Source of the DNA: Dehalococcoidia bacterium
Lineage (GTDB): Bacteria; Chloroflexota; Dehalococcoidia; Lucifugimonadales; UBA3495
Direction: 5' to 3'
Assembly: GCA_965203005.1 (NCBI GenBank)
Contig: CBDBBS010000003.1
Span: forward strand, 4,783-68,782
Length of the DNA stretch: 64,000 nt
Translations under genes and position numbers: made by a program
Shown: one piece after another, positions 18,586 through 28,828 of the stretch
Layout: each line of letters starts with the position of its first letter
Position numbering within the stretch: position 1 is the stretch's first letter
The notes under the pieces: model-generated
The model's input: only the letters and a program-made list of their open reading frames with translations
Database searches by the model: none
Told to the model about the DNA's origin: nothing

Positions 18586-21003
18586 TCAGGAACCACAATC
18601 AAGCTGGGGAATGGCAACGTCATCCGGCAGGGTGTTACGACCCGGCAAAAACTGCCAGCGCGAGCCTTGGGGCGGCCAGAAAAATTCGCTGCTCACGCTT
18701 CCCCCGCCGCCACTATCCACGAAGTCGTTGCTGGTTAGCACGCTGAAGGCGTGGCGGGCGCCCAGGTCCAGACGCCGGAGGGTGTACTCAGCGCGCCCGT
18801 TGCTGACCGGAATGTTCCGCGCGTTCACGTCGATATAGACGAAAGCCTCAATCCATTCCTGCGTGCAACTGGCCTTGGCCAGGTGGTAGTCCACCTCCAT
18901 GTTGACGTAGCCGATGCGGTAGTGGGACGCTCCCGACACGGCATCCCATGAAATGACCGCCTCGCCGGAATTGTCGCCGGCGCGCACGGCGATGTTCGCG
19001 GTGGGCCTAAGCGCCCCAGTGGGCGGCTTGGGCACCGGCCTTGGACGTTGCGACGCTGGCAGGATTGCGAAGCCGGATCCCCATACGCTGTCCTCGCCGG
19101 CCGTCCCGCGTTCGGTCGCGTTCTGCTGCAGGTAGTTGGTCACCTGTTCCGGTGTGTAGTCGGGGAACCGCTGTTTTACCAGGGCGGCCAGGCCGGCCAC
19201 GTGGGGAGAAGCCTGGCTGGTTCCGCCAAAGGGGCACGAGGAGCCGGGGCGGGACCGGCCCCGGGTTGCTGACCATGCGCAGGCGACGCCGGTGATGTCG
19301 GGCTTGGTTCGGCCGTCGATGGTCGGGCCCCGGGAACTGTAATCCGCGATGTATTCAGTATCCCACCAGTGGGTTGCGGCCACGGCCAGCATACCCTCGT
19401 TATCGCTCTCGGCGGGGCTGCTGATGTGGTGTCCTAGGGAATAATGTTCCAACTCATCAGCCATCCAGGCGGTCAACTGTATCCAGGCCGGAGCATCGGC
19501 GCAGGTTCCCTTTGCTATAGCCAAATAGTAACGTCCTTCGTCAGCAACACTAGTGGCCCGAAACCGTACCACAGCGTAGGGAATATCATTGGCGTCGCCA
19601 TCTTGAATAGTTTTGTCCCTTTCAACCAGTATATCTTTATCCGGGCCTGGTATCAGTCTCCACAAGCGTAACTCCAAATCGCAATCGGCTCCGCCCCAAC
19701 TGTCATCCCATCTCATAAAGGCGGTCACTTTGGATCTGGCGGGCGAGGTTGCATCATAAGGGAGAAAGAAAGTGTTCCCTTCATCTCGCGGCGTAAAATT
19801 GTGATAGCCGTCGCCATCCGGGTCCGAGAACGTACCATACCACACGTTCTCGGCCGAGTTGCCGGCGGAGTTCACCCAAGTAATTCCGCTGGATACCGCG
19901 GCATCGATGGTTTTGAGAGGGCTGTCATTGAAAGGCGAGTTGCCGTCGCCCGGGCCATCGACGCCCCAACCTAAGGACATATTTATGACCTGCACCCCCT
20001 GTTGTGCCATCCAGTCGGCGGCATCCCGCAGGTCGGCACGGGTCATAGGGTTCGCTACGTACAGTTCGACTTCCGGGGCGACGTCAACCAGCGTTTCGGC
20101 GACCGCCGTGCCGTGGTTGCAAGCTATTTCTGCGCAAGGCGCTTGCTCGCAATCCGCCAGGCGGGAGCTTGGATCCCGGGCTGCTTTGGCATCGAAATAG
20201 CACCGGGCTGTTACGCTGCCAGGCACAGGCAGTTCGCCGCCTTGCATCTGGCTGAATCCCTGATAGCCGGTGTCGATGACGCCGACTTTGACGCCCTGGC
20301 CCCGGTAGCCCATCTTGTGCCAGGCGTCGGCCTGGTGCAGCGCCACGCCCTGGCTGACCACGTCCCCCAAGCTTTGGGGCTGGGGCGGTATGACGGTATC
20401 CACGCGCCGGACGCCGGGCCGCTCGGAGGCGGCGCCCAGCAGAGCCGGCGGGACGTGGGCTTCAATATAGTCCTCGCCCACGTTGCGGACGAATACGTCG
20501 TTATCCTCCAGGTACTGCCGCACGGCGGCGACCTGATCCGGCTCGATGTAGAAAGTCACAAGCACGGGTTCGTCCGCCGACGCGGCCACGCCACCGACAC
20601 TGTCTGTGGCGCTGGGCTGTTGCCCGGCGTCCTGCTGGGCGCCGGTCGATGCCTCCTCAACCAGGCGGTTCAGATTGGAGTCGAGGTTGGGATACTGGGG
20701 CGGCGTCTTGTCAACCGGGGGCAGATCGGCCGCTTCCTCGTCATTGTCGGCCGCCTGGGCGGGAACGCGCTCCGGCGCGGGCGGGGCCGCCGGTGGTTCC
20801 ACGGCTGCGACGGGGTCTGCTGCGCCGGCGACCGATTGTTGCTCACCCGACGCCGGAAGTTCGGCTTGCGGCCGCGCGTTGGCGGCGAAGAGAGTGCCGG
20901 CGGTCAGCGCCACGACCAGCAGCACGGCTATTGCTGCCAACGCCGGCCAGCGTCTGCGGAACATAGAACCGGTGCGTATCATGTTCATTACCCTCCATTT
21001 CAT
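18586..21003 (-). CDS. Subtilisin-like serine protease (peptidase S8) with N-terminal signal/anchor
   Basis: Catalytic triad motifs VGVIDTGY, CNHGTAVAETL, GGTSQASPHVAGLAALV. Hydrophobic N-terminus RRWPALAAIAVLLVVALTAG. Confidence 0.9.
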   Translation of the reverse strand: MKWRVMNMIRTGSMFRRRWPALAAIAVLLVVALTAGTLFAANARPQAELPASGEQQSVAGAADPVAAVEPPAAPPAPERVPAQAADNDEEAADLPPVDKTPPQYPNLDSNLNRLVEEASTGAQQDAGQQPSATDSVGGVAASADEPVLVTFYIEPDQVAAVRQYLEDNDVFVRNVGEDYIEAHVPPALLGAASERPGVRRVDTVIPPQPQSLGDVVSQGVALHQADAWHKMGYRGQGVKVGVIDTGYQGFSQMQGGELPVPGSVTARCYFDAKAARDPSSRLADCEQAPCAEIACNHGTAVAETLVDVAPEVELYVANPMTRADLRDAADWMAQQGVQVINMSLGWGVDGPGDGNSPFNDSPLKTIDAAVSSGITWVNSAGNSAENVWYGTFSDPDGDGYHNFTPRDEGNTFFLPYDATSPARSKVTAFMRWDDSWGGADCDLELRLWRLIPGPDKDILVERDKTIQDGDANDIPYAVVRFRATSVADEGRYYLAIAKGTCADAPAWIQLTAWMADELEHYSLGHHISSPAESDNEGMLAVAATHWWDTEYIADYSSRGPTIDGRTKPDITGVACAWSATRGRSRPGSSCPFGGTSQASPHVAGLAALVKQRFPDYTPEQVTNYLQQNATERGTAGEDSVWGSGFAILPASQRPRPVPKPPTGALRPTANIAVRAGDNSGEAVISWDAVSGASHYRIGYVNMEVDYHLAKASCTQEWIEAFVYIDVNARNIPVSNGRAEYTLRRLDLGARHAFSVLTSNDFVDSGGGGSVSSEFFWPPQGSRWQFLPGRNTLPDDVAIPQLDCGS

Positions 21004-21081
21004 GGTCGATTGTCGCTATTCAGCTTCATTCAGGATACTGGCCCGAAGAAGAGAATAGCACAGACCAGTGTTCGCCCCGCT

Positions 21082-21807
21082 TCAGCCGCCATGCAGTCGG
21101 TGCAGTTCCGCTTCCAGAACTCGGATGCGAGCTTCGGCAGCGGTACGGGCGGCGTGTTCGGCGGTGTGGGCGGCTTCTGCACTATCAGCGCGGGCGCGCT
21201 CGGTCTCAAAGGTGGCGATGTGCCGCCCCGTAGCCGGGTCGTGGCAACCCAGCCGGCCATCCTCCCACCGCCAGCCCACGTTCAGAATCTCGCTGTGCCC
21301 CTCCAAAACTCCGCTGGCTACCTCGGCAATGTCTATCGGTTCGTACCGCCCGTCCACCAACCGGTCGCCGGCCAGCCTGGCACCGTGAAACTCTCCGGTG
21401 GCGTCGAACCGCCAGTACTCCGGTATCAGCAGCCCCTGGTAGAACTCCCGCTTCTCACCCACGTCAATGTGGCCCGTTGCCGGCGAAGCTATCTCAAGCA
21501 CCAGGTCGGGCGGCTTCCCCTGTTCCGAGACGAGGTAGCCGTTGGTCTCGCGGTAGGCATCGGGGTCCACCCCGAAGGCCACCAGCAGGTCGGGATACCG
21601 CATCTCGGCGCCCCGCCGGGCGGTAATGTATTTCTCCCCGGATACTATGATGGTTTCGGGGTTGCCGAGGAACTGTTTCAAGTGGTGATGCAGGCCGGTT
21701 TCGCTGAGGTGCTCGGCGGATGTCATGTCGTCGGGTTCGCGCTCGGGCCGGTCGGGCAGCCGGAAACGGCTGATGGGTTTGGTGATGTTGGTGTCGGCGG
21801 TGGTCAT
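21082..21807 (-). CDS. Uma2 (DUF820) family endonuclease
   Basis: Start ATG 21807. PDLLVAFGV...PPDLVLEIASPATGHIDVGEKREFYQGLLIPEYWRFD is typical of Uma2. Confidence 0.75.
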   Translation of the reverse strand: MTTADTNITKPISRFRLPDRPEREPDDMTSAEHLSETGLHHHLKQFLGNPETIIVSGEKYITARRGAEMRYPDLLVAFGVDPDAYRETNGYLVSEQGKPPDLVLEIASPATGHIDVGEKREFYQGLLIPEYWRFDATGEFHGARLAGDRLVDGRYEPIDIAEVASGVLEGHSEILNVGWRWEDGRLGCHDPATGRHIATFETERARADSAEAAHTAEHAARTAAEARIRVLEAELHRLHGG

Positions 21808-21918
21808 GGCGGACCTCTGGGGACTGGCGTGGCGGGCCGTCCGGCAGTTGCATCTGAAGGTTGAACCGATTATACGCCGGGCTCCGGCGGCCGAGGCTTT
21901 GCAGACTTTGCCTGCCAG

Positions 21919-22310
21919 ATGCGGTGGCTGGTGGATGTGGCCTATCCCGACGCTCCGGCGACCCGCGTGGTCCTGGGCAACCACGTATCCAATACGGGGC
22001 AGGCTCTGAACATCCACCGCATGGCTTCTCTCTGTGAGACCTTTCCCGCCGCCGAAGCCCGCCGCATCGTGAAGCGCCTGGAGTTTCACCACAATCCCAA
22101 GCACGCCAGTTGGCTCAATCCTGTCCTGAGCTTGCCGAAGGGATGGCGGAGATTGAATTCAGCGTCTTGAACTGAGCCTGTTTCAAAGGGAGGAACTCCG
22201 CGCCGACGCCCGGCAGCGTGCCATCACGGCCTACGAGACCCGGCGCAACCCAGCCCGCTCCACCATCAACTGGCGCTTCAGCGCCCAGGAGGATGCTCGC
22301 TTTAGTGTTC
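21919..22310 (+). pseudogene. IS630-family transposase C-terminal fragment, multiply frameshifted
   Basis: RLEFHHNPKHASWLN, MAEIEFSVL and TINWRFSAQEDARF lie in three different frames. Confidence 0.6.
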
Positions 22311-25070
22311 GTGATAGCCGATGCCATTGTGGCCAACGTAATGATGGCACTGGCCGTCTGCCTGGTTGATGGACCAACTGTGCCAGTGTCCTCCTGAAGT
22401 ATCATGCTCATGCTCATAATCGCTTGGGCAGGGACCGCCGGACCCGGGTGGGTCCGGTTCCTGAGTAGGCGCCGGGGTGGACTGGCCACCGCCCGAACCT
22501 TGCTCGCCCGGCGACGTAGTGTCAGACACCGCTACGCGCACCGAGGACACCGGGGTCGCGGCGTACTTCGCGTCCGCGCTGGTCACCTGGTGGCCGATGA
22601 CCACGCTCTCGTCATTGGTGTCGTCATCGGAGACGCCGCGCACCGTGAACGTCTTCGCCTGGTTCCATTGCGACGGCGAGAAAACGTGGGACGCAGCGTG
22701 CACGGTGGCCGCACCGACGTCGTCGCTGACCGCCGTGATGGTGACGTTCGCCGTGGGCCGGCTGTTCAGGACCACCGTGTAGGTCGCGGAACCCCCCTCG
22801 GATACCGCCAGCGGCCGGGCCGCGGTCACCGTTATGCCCGCAGTGTCGTTGTCGACGATGGCCACCGCCGCCGTATCCTCACCACCGCCGGTTTTCACCC
22901 AACCGGTGGCGGTGGCGGCGATGACGACGGTGAAGGTCTCATCGTCTTCGTCCACCGCGTCGTCCACGGTGGGGATGGCGATGGTCAGGGTGGTATCTCC
23001 CGTGGGGACGGTCACCGGGGAGGTCACGCTGCCCACGTCGTCCGCTTCGGCGGTGGCGGCGCCATCGTAGCCTGGCGTCACGGTGAACGCGACGCCGTTG
23101 ACCGGAGCTGCCTCGCTCAGCGTTATGGTCAAGGCCGCGCTGCCGCCCTCAACCACCGTGGCAAACGGGCTTACGGAGTACGTGGCTGGATCAGACACCG
23201 CTACGCGCACCGAGGACGCCAAAGCCCCGGCGTACTTCGCGTCCGCGCTGGTCACCTGGTGGCTGATGACGACGCTCTCGTCATTGGTATCGTCATCGGA
23301 GACGCCGCGCACCGTGAATGCCTTCGCCTGGTTCCACTGTGATGGCGAGAAAACGTGGGACACCGGGTGCACGGTGGCCGCGCCGATGTCGTCGCTGACT
23401 GCCGTGATGGTGACGTTGGCGGTGGGCCGGCTGTTCAGGACCACGGTGTAGGTTGCGGAACCTCCCTCCGATACGGCCAGCGGCCGGGCCGCGGTCACCG
23501 TTATACCGGCGGTGTCATTGTCGGCGATAGTCACCACAGCCGTGTCCTTGCCGTCGCCGGTTTTCACCCAACCGGTGGCGGCGGCGGCGATGGCGACGGT
23601 GAAGGTCTCCACGTCCTCGTCCACGTCGTCGCTCACCGTGGGGACGGTGATGACCAAGGTGGTAGCGCCCCCGGGCACGGTCACCGGGGTGGCAATGCTG
23701 CCTATATCGTCCGCCTCTGCGGTGGCGCCGCCGCCGTAGCCTGGCGTCACGGTGAGCGCGACGCCGTCGGCCGGAGCTGCCTTGCTCAGCGTTATGGTCA
23801 AGGCCGCGCTGCGGCCCTCAATCACCATGGCAGCCGGGCTTATGGAGTACGTGGATGGATCGGTAGGCGTCGGCGTCGGCGTGGGTGTTGGCGTCGGCGT
23901 GGACGTGGACTGGCCACCGCCCGAACCTTGCTCGCCCAGCGGCGTGGTATCTGACACGGCAACGCGCACCGAGGACGCCAAAGCCCCGGCGTACTTCGCG
24001 TCCGCGCTGGTCACCCGGTGGCCAATCCCCACACGCTCGTCATTGGTGTCCTCATCGGAGACGCCGCGCACCGTGAATGTCTTCGCCTGGTTCCACTGCG
24101 ACGGCGTGAAGGTCCGCGACGCCGGGTCCACCGTGGCCGCGCCGATGTCGTCGCTGACTGCCGTGATGGTCACATCCGCCGTGGGCCGGCTGTTCAGGAC
24201 CACGGTGTAGGTCGCGGAACCTCCCTCGGATATGGCCAGCCGGGCCGCGGTCACCGTTATGCCCGCAGTGTCGTTGTCGACAATGGTCACCACCGCCGTG
24301 TCTCCGCCGTCGCCGGTTTTCACCCAACCGGTGGCGGTGGCGGCGATGACGACGGTGAAGGTCTCGACGGCCTCGTCCACGGCGTCGCTCACCGTAGGGA
24401 CGGTGATGTCCAGGGTGGCATGGCCCCCGGGCACGGTCACAGGGGTGGCAATGCTGCCCACATCGGCCGCCTCGGCGGTGGCGTCGCCATCGTAGCCGGG
24501 CGTCACGGTGAACGCGACGCCGTCGGCCGGAGCTGCCTCGCTCAGCGTTATGGTCAAGGCCGCGCTGCGGCCTTCAATCACCATAGCGGCCGGGGTTACG
24601 GAGTACGTGGATGGACCGGGAGGCTCCAGGGTGGGGGTGGGTGTCGGCGTGGGCGTGGGTGTTGGCGTCTCAGGTCCGGCGCCGCCCTGATTGCCCGATG
24701 CTCCAGTCCTGACCGCAGTTGTATGACTCGTCCGGTCCCGGTCTTCGCGGTCCCGGTCTTCGCGGAAGGAAAGCTGCGTTACGCCGGGGTTGTCCCTGAT
24801 GCGCACAATGCACGTTTCATGCGGCGCCGCCGGGACGTAGCCCTGTTGGTACCTGGCATCGGCGGGATAGGCGCGGCCGTGCTTGTTGCCGTTGCTGTCT
24901 TGGTCGATAATCACGTACCAGTCGCCGTGCCAGCCAGTGGTTTCCGGCCAAGTCTGCGGACAGGCCGGGAGCCGTCTCGCACCGGAGGCTTCACTGCTGC
25001 CAACCAGCCCTGACACGACCAGCGCCAACGCTCCCAAGATGAGCAACCCCAAAATGTGGCGGGGATTCAC
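22302..25070 (-). CDS. Secreted Calx-beta repeat protein (three ~225-250-aa tandem super-repeats) with His-rich termini
   Basis: Signal MNPRHILGLLILGALALVVSG. Repeated ...ETFTVVIAATATGWVKTG..DTAVVTIVDNDTAGITVTA... units; TP linkers; C-terminal HEHDTSGGHWHSW...HHYVGHNGIGYHEH. Confidence 0.8.
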   Translation of the reverse strand: MNPRHILGLLILGALALVVSGLVGSSEASGARRLPACPQTWPETTGWHGDWYVIIDQDSNGNKHGRAYPADARYQQGYVPAAPHETCIVRIRDNPGVTQLSFREDRDREDRDRTSHTTAVRTGASGNQGGAGPETPTPTPTPTPTPTLEPPGPSTYSVTPAAMVIEGRSAALTITLSEAAPADGVAFTVTPGYDGDATAEAADVGSIATPVTVPGGHATLDITVPTVSDAVDEAVETFTVVIAATATGWVKTGDGGDTAVVTIVDNDTAGITVTAARLAISEGGSATYTVVLNSRPTADVTITAVSDDIGAATVDPASRTFTPSQWNQAKTFTVRGVSDEDTNDERVGIGHRVTSADAKYAGALASSVRVAVSDTTPLGEQGSGGGQSTSTPTPTPTPTPTPTDPSTYSISPAAMVIEGRSAALTITLSKAAPADGVALTVTPGYGGGATAEADDIGSIATPVTVPGGATTLVITVPTVSDDVDEDVETFTVAIAAAATGWVKTGDGKDTAVVTIADNDTAGITVTAARPLAVSEGGSATYTVVLNSRPTANVTITAVSDDIGAATVHPVSHVFSPSQWNQAKAFTVRGVSDDDTNDESVVISHQVTSADAKYAGALASSVRVAVSDPATYSVSPFATVVEGGSAALTITLSEAAPVNGVAFTVTPGYDGAATAEADDVGSVTSPVTVPTGDTTLTIAIPTVDDAVDEDDETFTVVIAATATGWVKTGGGEDTAAVAIVDNDTAGITVTAARPLAVSEGGSATYTVVLNSRPTANVTITAVSDDVGAATVHAASHVFSPSQWNQAKTFTVRGVSDDDTNDESVVIGHQVTSADAKYAATPVSSVRVAVSDTTSPGEQGSGGGQSTPAPTQEPDPPGSGGPCPSDYEHEHDTSGGHWHSWSINQADGQCHHYVGHNGIGYHEH
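22520..24620. repeat. Three tandem DNA repeats (periods about 669 and 756 bp) inside the Calx-beta gene
   Basis: Period taken from recurring shadow-ORF strings (PAVSLSTM at ~22837, ~23512, ~24259) and protein self-similarity. Confidence 0.8.
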
Positions 25071-25437
25071 GATTCATTGCCTCCGCACCGGAGTATATGA
25101 AAACCCGTTCGGAGCCCGAAATTTACATGCGCTTGATACGTCGTGTCTGAAAAACAGGAAGCGGGTTTGAGCTATTTCCCAGATATCCATTTTCACCACA
25201 ACCTGCACCAGCGGTGGGGACAGCACGGTAAATGCCGCAAAGGGCGGCCGGGTCGCGGCTGTCGTCTTCACGTCGAAATCGACGCTGGACAATATGGCGA
25301 TGACGATGGCCACCGCCACGATGACGCCGCTTATCAGCAGGTCAACCCGGGTCGTGCCGGATCCGGTGGCCTTCGGTTAAGTCCATCAAATGAATAACGA
25401 TAGGTAACATTGAGCAATTCCCATCAGGTGAGCAAAC

Positions 25438-25567
25438 ATGGCCGAGCTGCAAGGTAAGAAGCGCAAGCAGCCCAGTTCCTGTCCCGAGGACTGGCTGCCG
25501 GCAACCATCGTGGTCCAGCTGGAACTCGCCTGCCGGCAGGAGCGCTACGCCCAGCGCTGCGTGGGCC
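25438..25567 (+). pseudogene. 5' fragment of IS607-type tnpB (first ~43 codons only)
   Basis: MAELQGKKRKQPSSCPEDWLPATIVVQLELACRQERYAQRCVG versus the N-terminus of 43213-44502. Confidence 0.8.
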
Positions 25568-25593
25568 AACAATTTATTGGTCAGGAGTGAACG

Positions 25594-26034
25594 ATGATTA
25601 TGAAAACGGCGACGCTGTCCCTGTTGCTGGCAATCTGCGTCTGGTCAGCCATTGGCTGCGGAGGACCCAGCAAAGAGGAGATCGCCCTGGAGACGGCCCA
25701 GCAATGGGTAGAGGCCAGCATAGACCAAGTGTCGGAAGCGGTCGTCGAACTGGTCGCGGGCGAATACCCCGTGCTGGCAGGAATAGCTGCCTCAGTGGTG
25801 GCAGACCAAGTGCGGGACGACCTCGCCTGGGAATATTCCACACCCCGACGCGAGACCGGCGATTTATACTCTCTCACCGCCACCGCGTCGGGTGAGTTTG
25901 AGGTCAAGGTTCCGCTCCTCGACGCTCAGGAGTATTCAGCGTCCGTGCCGTTCAATCTCACGGTGGACACCAGTACCCGGTCAGTAGAGGATTGGTCCAT
26001 CAGTCTCACCAACGCCAGAGTGAATGCGCGGTGA
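25594..26034 (+). CDS. Lipoprotein (146 aa)
   Basis: Lipobox LLAICVWSAIG-C; AGGAG RBS. Confidence 0.7.
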   Translation: MIMKTATLSLLLAICVWSAIGCGGPSKEEIALETAQQWVEASIDQVSEAVVELVAGEYPVLAGIAASVVADQVRDDLAWEYSTPRRETGDLYSLTATASGEFEVKVPLLDAQEYSASVPFNLTVDTSTRSVEDWSISLTNARVNAR

Positions 26035-26066
26035 GAGTTCGCCTTGCCTGAATTTGTCAACAGGCC

Positions 26067-27537
26067 CTAGACTGGACTTTGTACGTTCAAGCGGCGTAGG
26101 CGAGGGAATCAATGAGCCGGGCGTACAGTTTGGGAACGGGTTTTGCCCGGTCGTCGTCCGGTGCCGACGTTGAAAAACACTCCGTTGCGATCCACAGGTG
26201 CCGGCGCACCAGGGCGATGGCATCGACAAAAGTTGGCGCCGGCTTGGCGTACCAGGCGGTGGTGCGCTGGAGGATGGGCTCGTCTTGCTGCAGCGCGTGA
26301 GCAGCCAAAGCCGCCCAGGAGAATAAGCCCATCAGGACCGGCGTGGTGCGGGCGATGGCGCGGTCCGACCATTGGCGTTGAGTTTCCACCCCCAGGTGCG
26401 CCCGCACTTCCTGGTAGGTGACTTCCAGTTGCCAGCGCAGCACAAACCATTCCAGGACCTGGACTGGGTCTACGGTTTGATCGGTGCAAAGTAGCGCCTG
26501 GGTGTCCAGTTCGCCCTTGGGGTCTCGGACCAGACCAGCACCCAGCGGACGGGCACGGGCGGTTTGCCATGGTGATACCAGACCGCGGTTCGGGAAGCCA
26601 GTTCCATGGTGCGGGTGGTGCGGTCATACCAAGACACTGACGCGGTGTCCCAGGACAGGTTGGGATCGTCCAGGCGCTGCTTGAGAGTGGGTTGACGTGC
26701 GCCCTTCACCCGGGGACGGCCGATCTGTCCCAGTTGACGTGGCGGGGCCGGATCGTAGAGACCGGCATCCAGGCGCAATCTGGTGATCAGGGTTACCGGT
26801 TCCCGGAGGGACCGGCAGAAGTGGAGCAGATCCAGGACGGCATAGCCGTTGTCGCCCACCACCACCAGGGGCCGGTGCGGCAGCCAGCGACGCAGTTGCA
26901 GGATCATCTGGCGGGCCCAGTCAGTGAGCTTCTTGTGTCGGCGCCCCAGCTTTTGGTGATAGCGTTCCGAGGGAGCCAGCACGGTGAGAAACGGCAAGGC
27001 CCAGTAGCGACCGGCCCAGGGGATCTGTCCCAGCCACATCAGGGAAACCCAGCGCAAACCGCTGGCCTTGACGGTGTAACTCCGACTGGAGCGCACCGCA
27101 TCTCGGTACACCCCCAGGGCGCTGATCCGTGGACCCTGGCGGCGCTCCAGGGTCTCGTCGATACCGAAGACCAGCGGGCCATCGCCGCGATCCAGATGCT
27201 GGAGCAGCAGCCTGAGCAGGATCTGGGACGCCTCCAGTGGCGACCAGGCTGCCCGGTTCAGCACGTGATGGTAGCGAGCGTAGTTTCGATCGCCGCCGAG
27301 CCCCATGACCCGCAACGTCGCTGCCACCGTGCGTTGACCCGGTGTCAGGATCGCACCCACCAGCAGCACCTGGGCCTTGCACCAGGTCCGATTTTGGAAC
27401 AGGGCGGCGAAGGGAATGAGAACGGTTACAATGGCATCCTGCAGGGTAAGCACAGGTCGACCTACAGTGAGATGTGGGGTCAACCCAGCTTACCTGGCCT
27501 TTCCTACTTTTCTAGTTTTTGTACAAAGTCCAGCTAG
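26067..27537 (-). mobile_element. IS701-like insertion sequence (~1.47 kb)
   Basis: Terminal inverted repeats CTAG(A)CTGGACTTTGTAC at 26067-26084 and 27521-27537. Confidence 0.7.
26087..27483 (-). pseudogene. IS701/IS4-type DDE transposase, frameshifted
   Basis: ORFs 26470-27483 and 26087-26443 join if one copy of the direct 5-bp duplication GACCA-GACCA (26528-26537) is removed, giving ...VRWVLVRDPKGELDTQALLCTDQTVDPVQVLEWFVLRWQLEV. Confidence 0.75.
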
Positions 27538-27734
27538 AAAGCGGGCCGAAAAGCCCTGGTTGGAGAGAGTGATAGGGCCAGTGTTGGCGACTTGAGCCAA
27601 GTCAGCGTCCAAGTTGGCAGAAAGTGGCGATGCACGCCGCGATTTACCGTAAATGTCAGCGCTAGTGACGATGCTGTCGGGATCGTCGCCAAGATGACCG
27701 AAAACACCGGAAGAGAAATCCATCCCAAGGCGTT

Positions 27735-28616
27735 TTGCGGAGGTTGGCCATGTCCACTGATAAGGACAATTCGGAACGTCGCCGTTTTACCGAAGAGGAA
27801 TTCCAAACGATGCTGAGCGAGGGCATCGTGTCCCGGGATGAGGACGCCATCCTGCATGACGGGTTCGTCCTCGTGCCGCTCGCTCTGTCAAGGTCATTGC
27901 GGCCCAACCCGGGGCCGGGACCTGCCGACGCAACCGTTCCTCAGGAGAATATTGTTCTAGCGGAGCATCCGGTCCGGCCCGGAAAAATGGAGATGCACAT
28001 CCGCCCCAGAATAGTGAGGGAGGCATCAGAAAGCGTAAACAAGTTGGTTCAGGAAACTCAGGATGAGATTCCTCGCCGGAAATTCACCGTCGACGAATAC
28101 TACCGTATGGCGGAGGTTGGAATCCTGTCCCCGGACGAGAGGACTGAGTTGCTGGATGGAGAGATAATCCTCATGGCCCCAATCGGCAGCAAGCATGCTT
28201 TCTGCGTAGATTTTTTCAACGACCAGACCACTGTTCCGGCCGTAAAAGAACATGCGCTGGTCCGAATACAGAATCCTGTGTTTTTCAACGATGGTACGGA
28301 GGTTCAGCCGGACATTGCTCTGGTGCGCCGGACATCCTACGCAGACTCCCATCCTCGGCCTGAGGATGTGCTGCTATTGATTGAGGTGTCGGATACTACA
28401 ATTGGCAAAGACCGCCATGAGAAGATGCCGTTGTATGCCCGTCTCGGCATCCCTGAGGCCTGGCTGGCTGACGTCAACGCGAAGGCTGTGGACATACATA
28501 CAGAGCCGCGCGATGGTGTCTACACCAATGTTCGACGTGTGGGCATGGACGGCACCCTCTCTCCCACCGCATTCCCGGACGTTATGATCGCGGTCCGGGA
28601 TGTCTTTCAGTGGTGA
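27735..28616 (+). CDS. Uma2 (DUF820) family endonuclease; true start may be internal (~27987)
   Basis: RRKFTVDEYYRMAEVGILSPDERTELLDGEIILMAP...VQPDIALV...LLLIEVSDTT...KMPLYARLGIPEAWL. The N-terminal 50 aa repeat the first Uma2 motif (RRRFTEEEFQTMLSEGIV). Confidence 0.75.
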   Translation: MRRLAMSTDKDNSERRRFTEEEFQTMLSEGIVSRDEDAILHDGFVLVPLALSRSLRPNPGPGPADATVPQENIVLAEHPVRPGKMEMHIRPRIVREASESVNKLVQETQDEIPRRKFTVDEYYRMAEVGILSPDERTELLDGEIILMAPIGSKHAFCVDFFNDQTTVPAVKEHALVRIQNPVFFNDGTEVQPDIALVRRTSYADSHPRPEDVLLLIEVSDTTIGKDRHEKMPLYARLGIPEAWLADVNAKAVDIHTEPRDGVYTNVRRVGMDGTLSPTAFPDVMIAVRDVFQW

Positions 28617-28699
28617 CGCCACTAACAGCACTCGGGGCATCGCCGCGGCATGTCGATTGCCGGCGGCTTTCATTGGCGATGTTCTTATTGATTTTTCCG

Positions 28700-28766
28700 G
28701 GAGGAGTGGTAGGGATTAAAGGGTCCCCTGCCACTCCTCCACCCCCCACCACTGTAGTGGTAGGGG
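28700..28766. other. Two adjacent GC-rich hairpins between the Uma2 gene and the iteron array
   Basis: GGAGGAGTGG-N21-CCACTCCTCC, then CCCCACCACT-GT-AGTGGTAGGGG (1-nt bulge). Confidence 0.5.
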
Positions 28767-28828
28767 GTAGAGGATAGCGATAACCGCTCTTGTCCACGCG
28801 GTTTTGAGTAGGAAATCTCCCTCATCCG

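Noticed and set aside
19440-19800. Low-GC stretch inside the S8 protease gene, considered as a possible insertion
   Set aside because: The reading frame is continuous and the segment encodes an insert domain between the catalytic His and Ser. There are no element boundaries or repeats.
26528-26537. Possible programmed frameshift in the IS701-like transposase
   Set aside because: The shift coincides with a simple 5-bp direct duplication (GACCA GACCA) with no slippery heptamer or downstream structure. A mutational frameshift is more likely.
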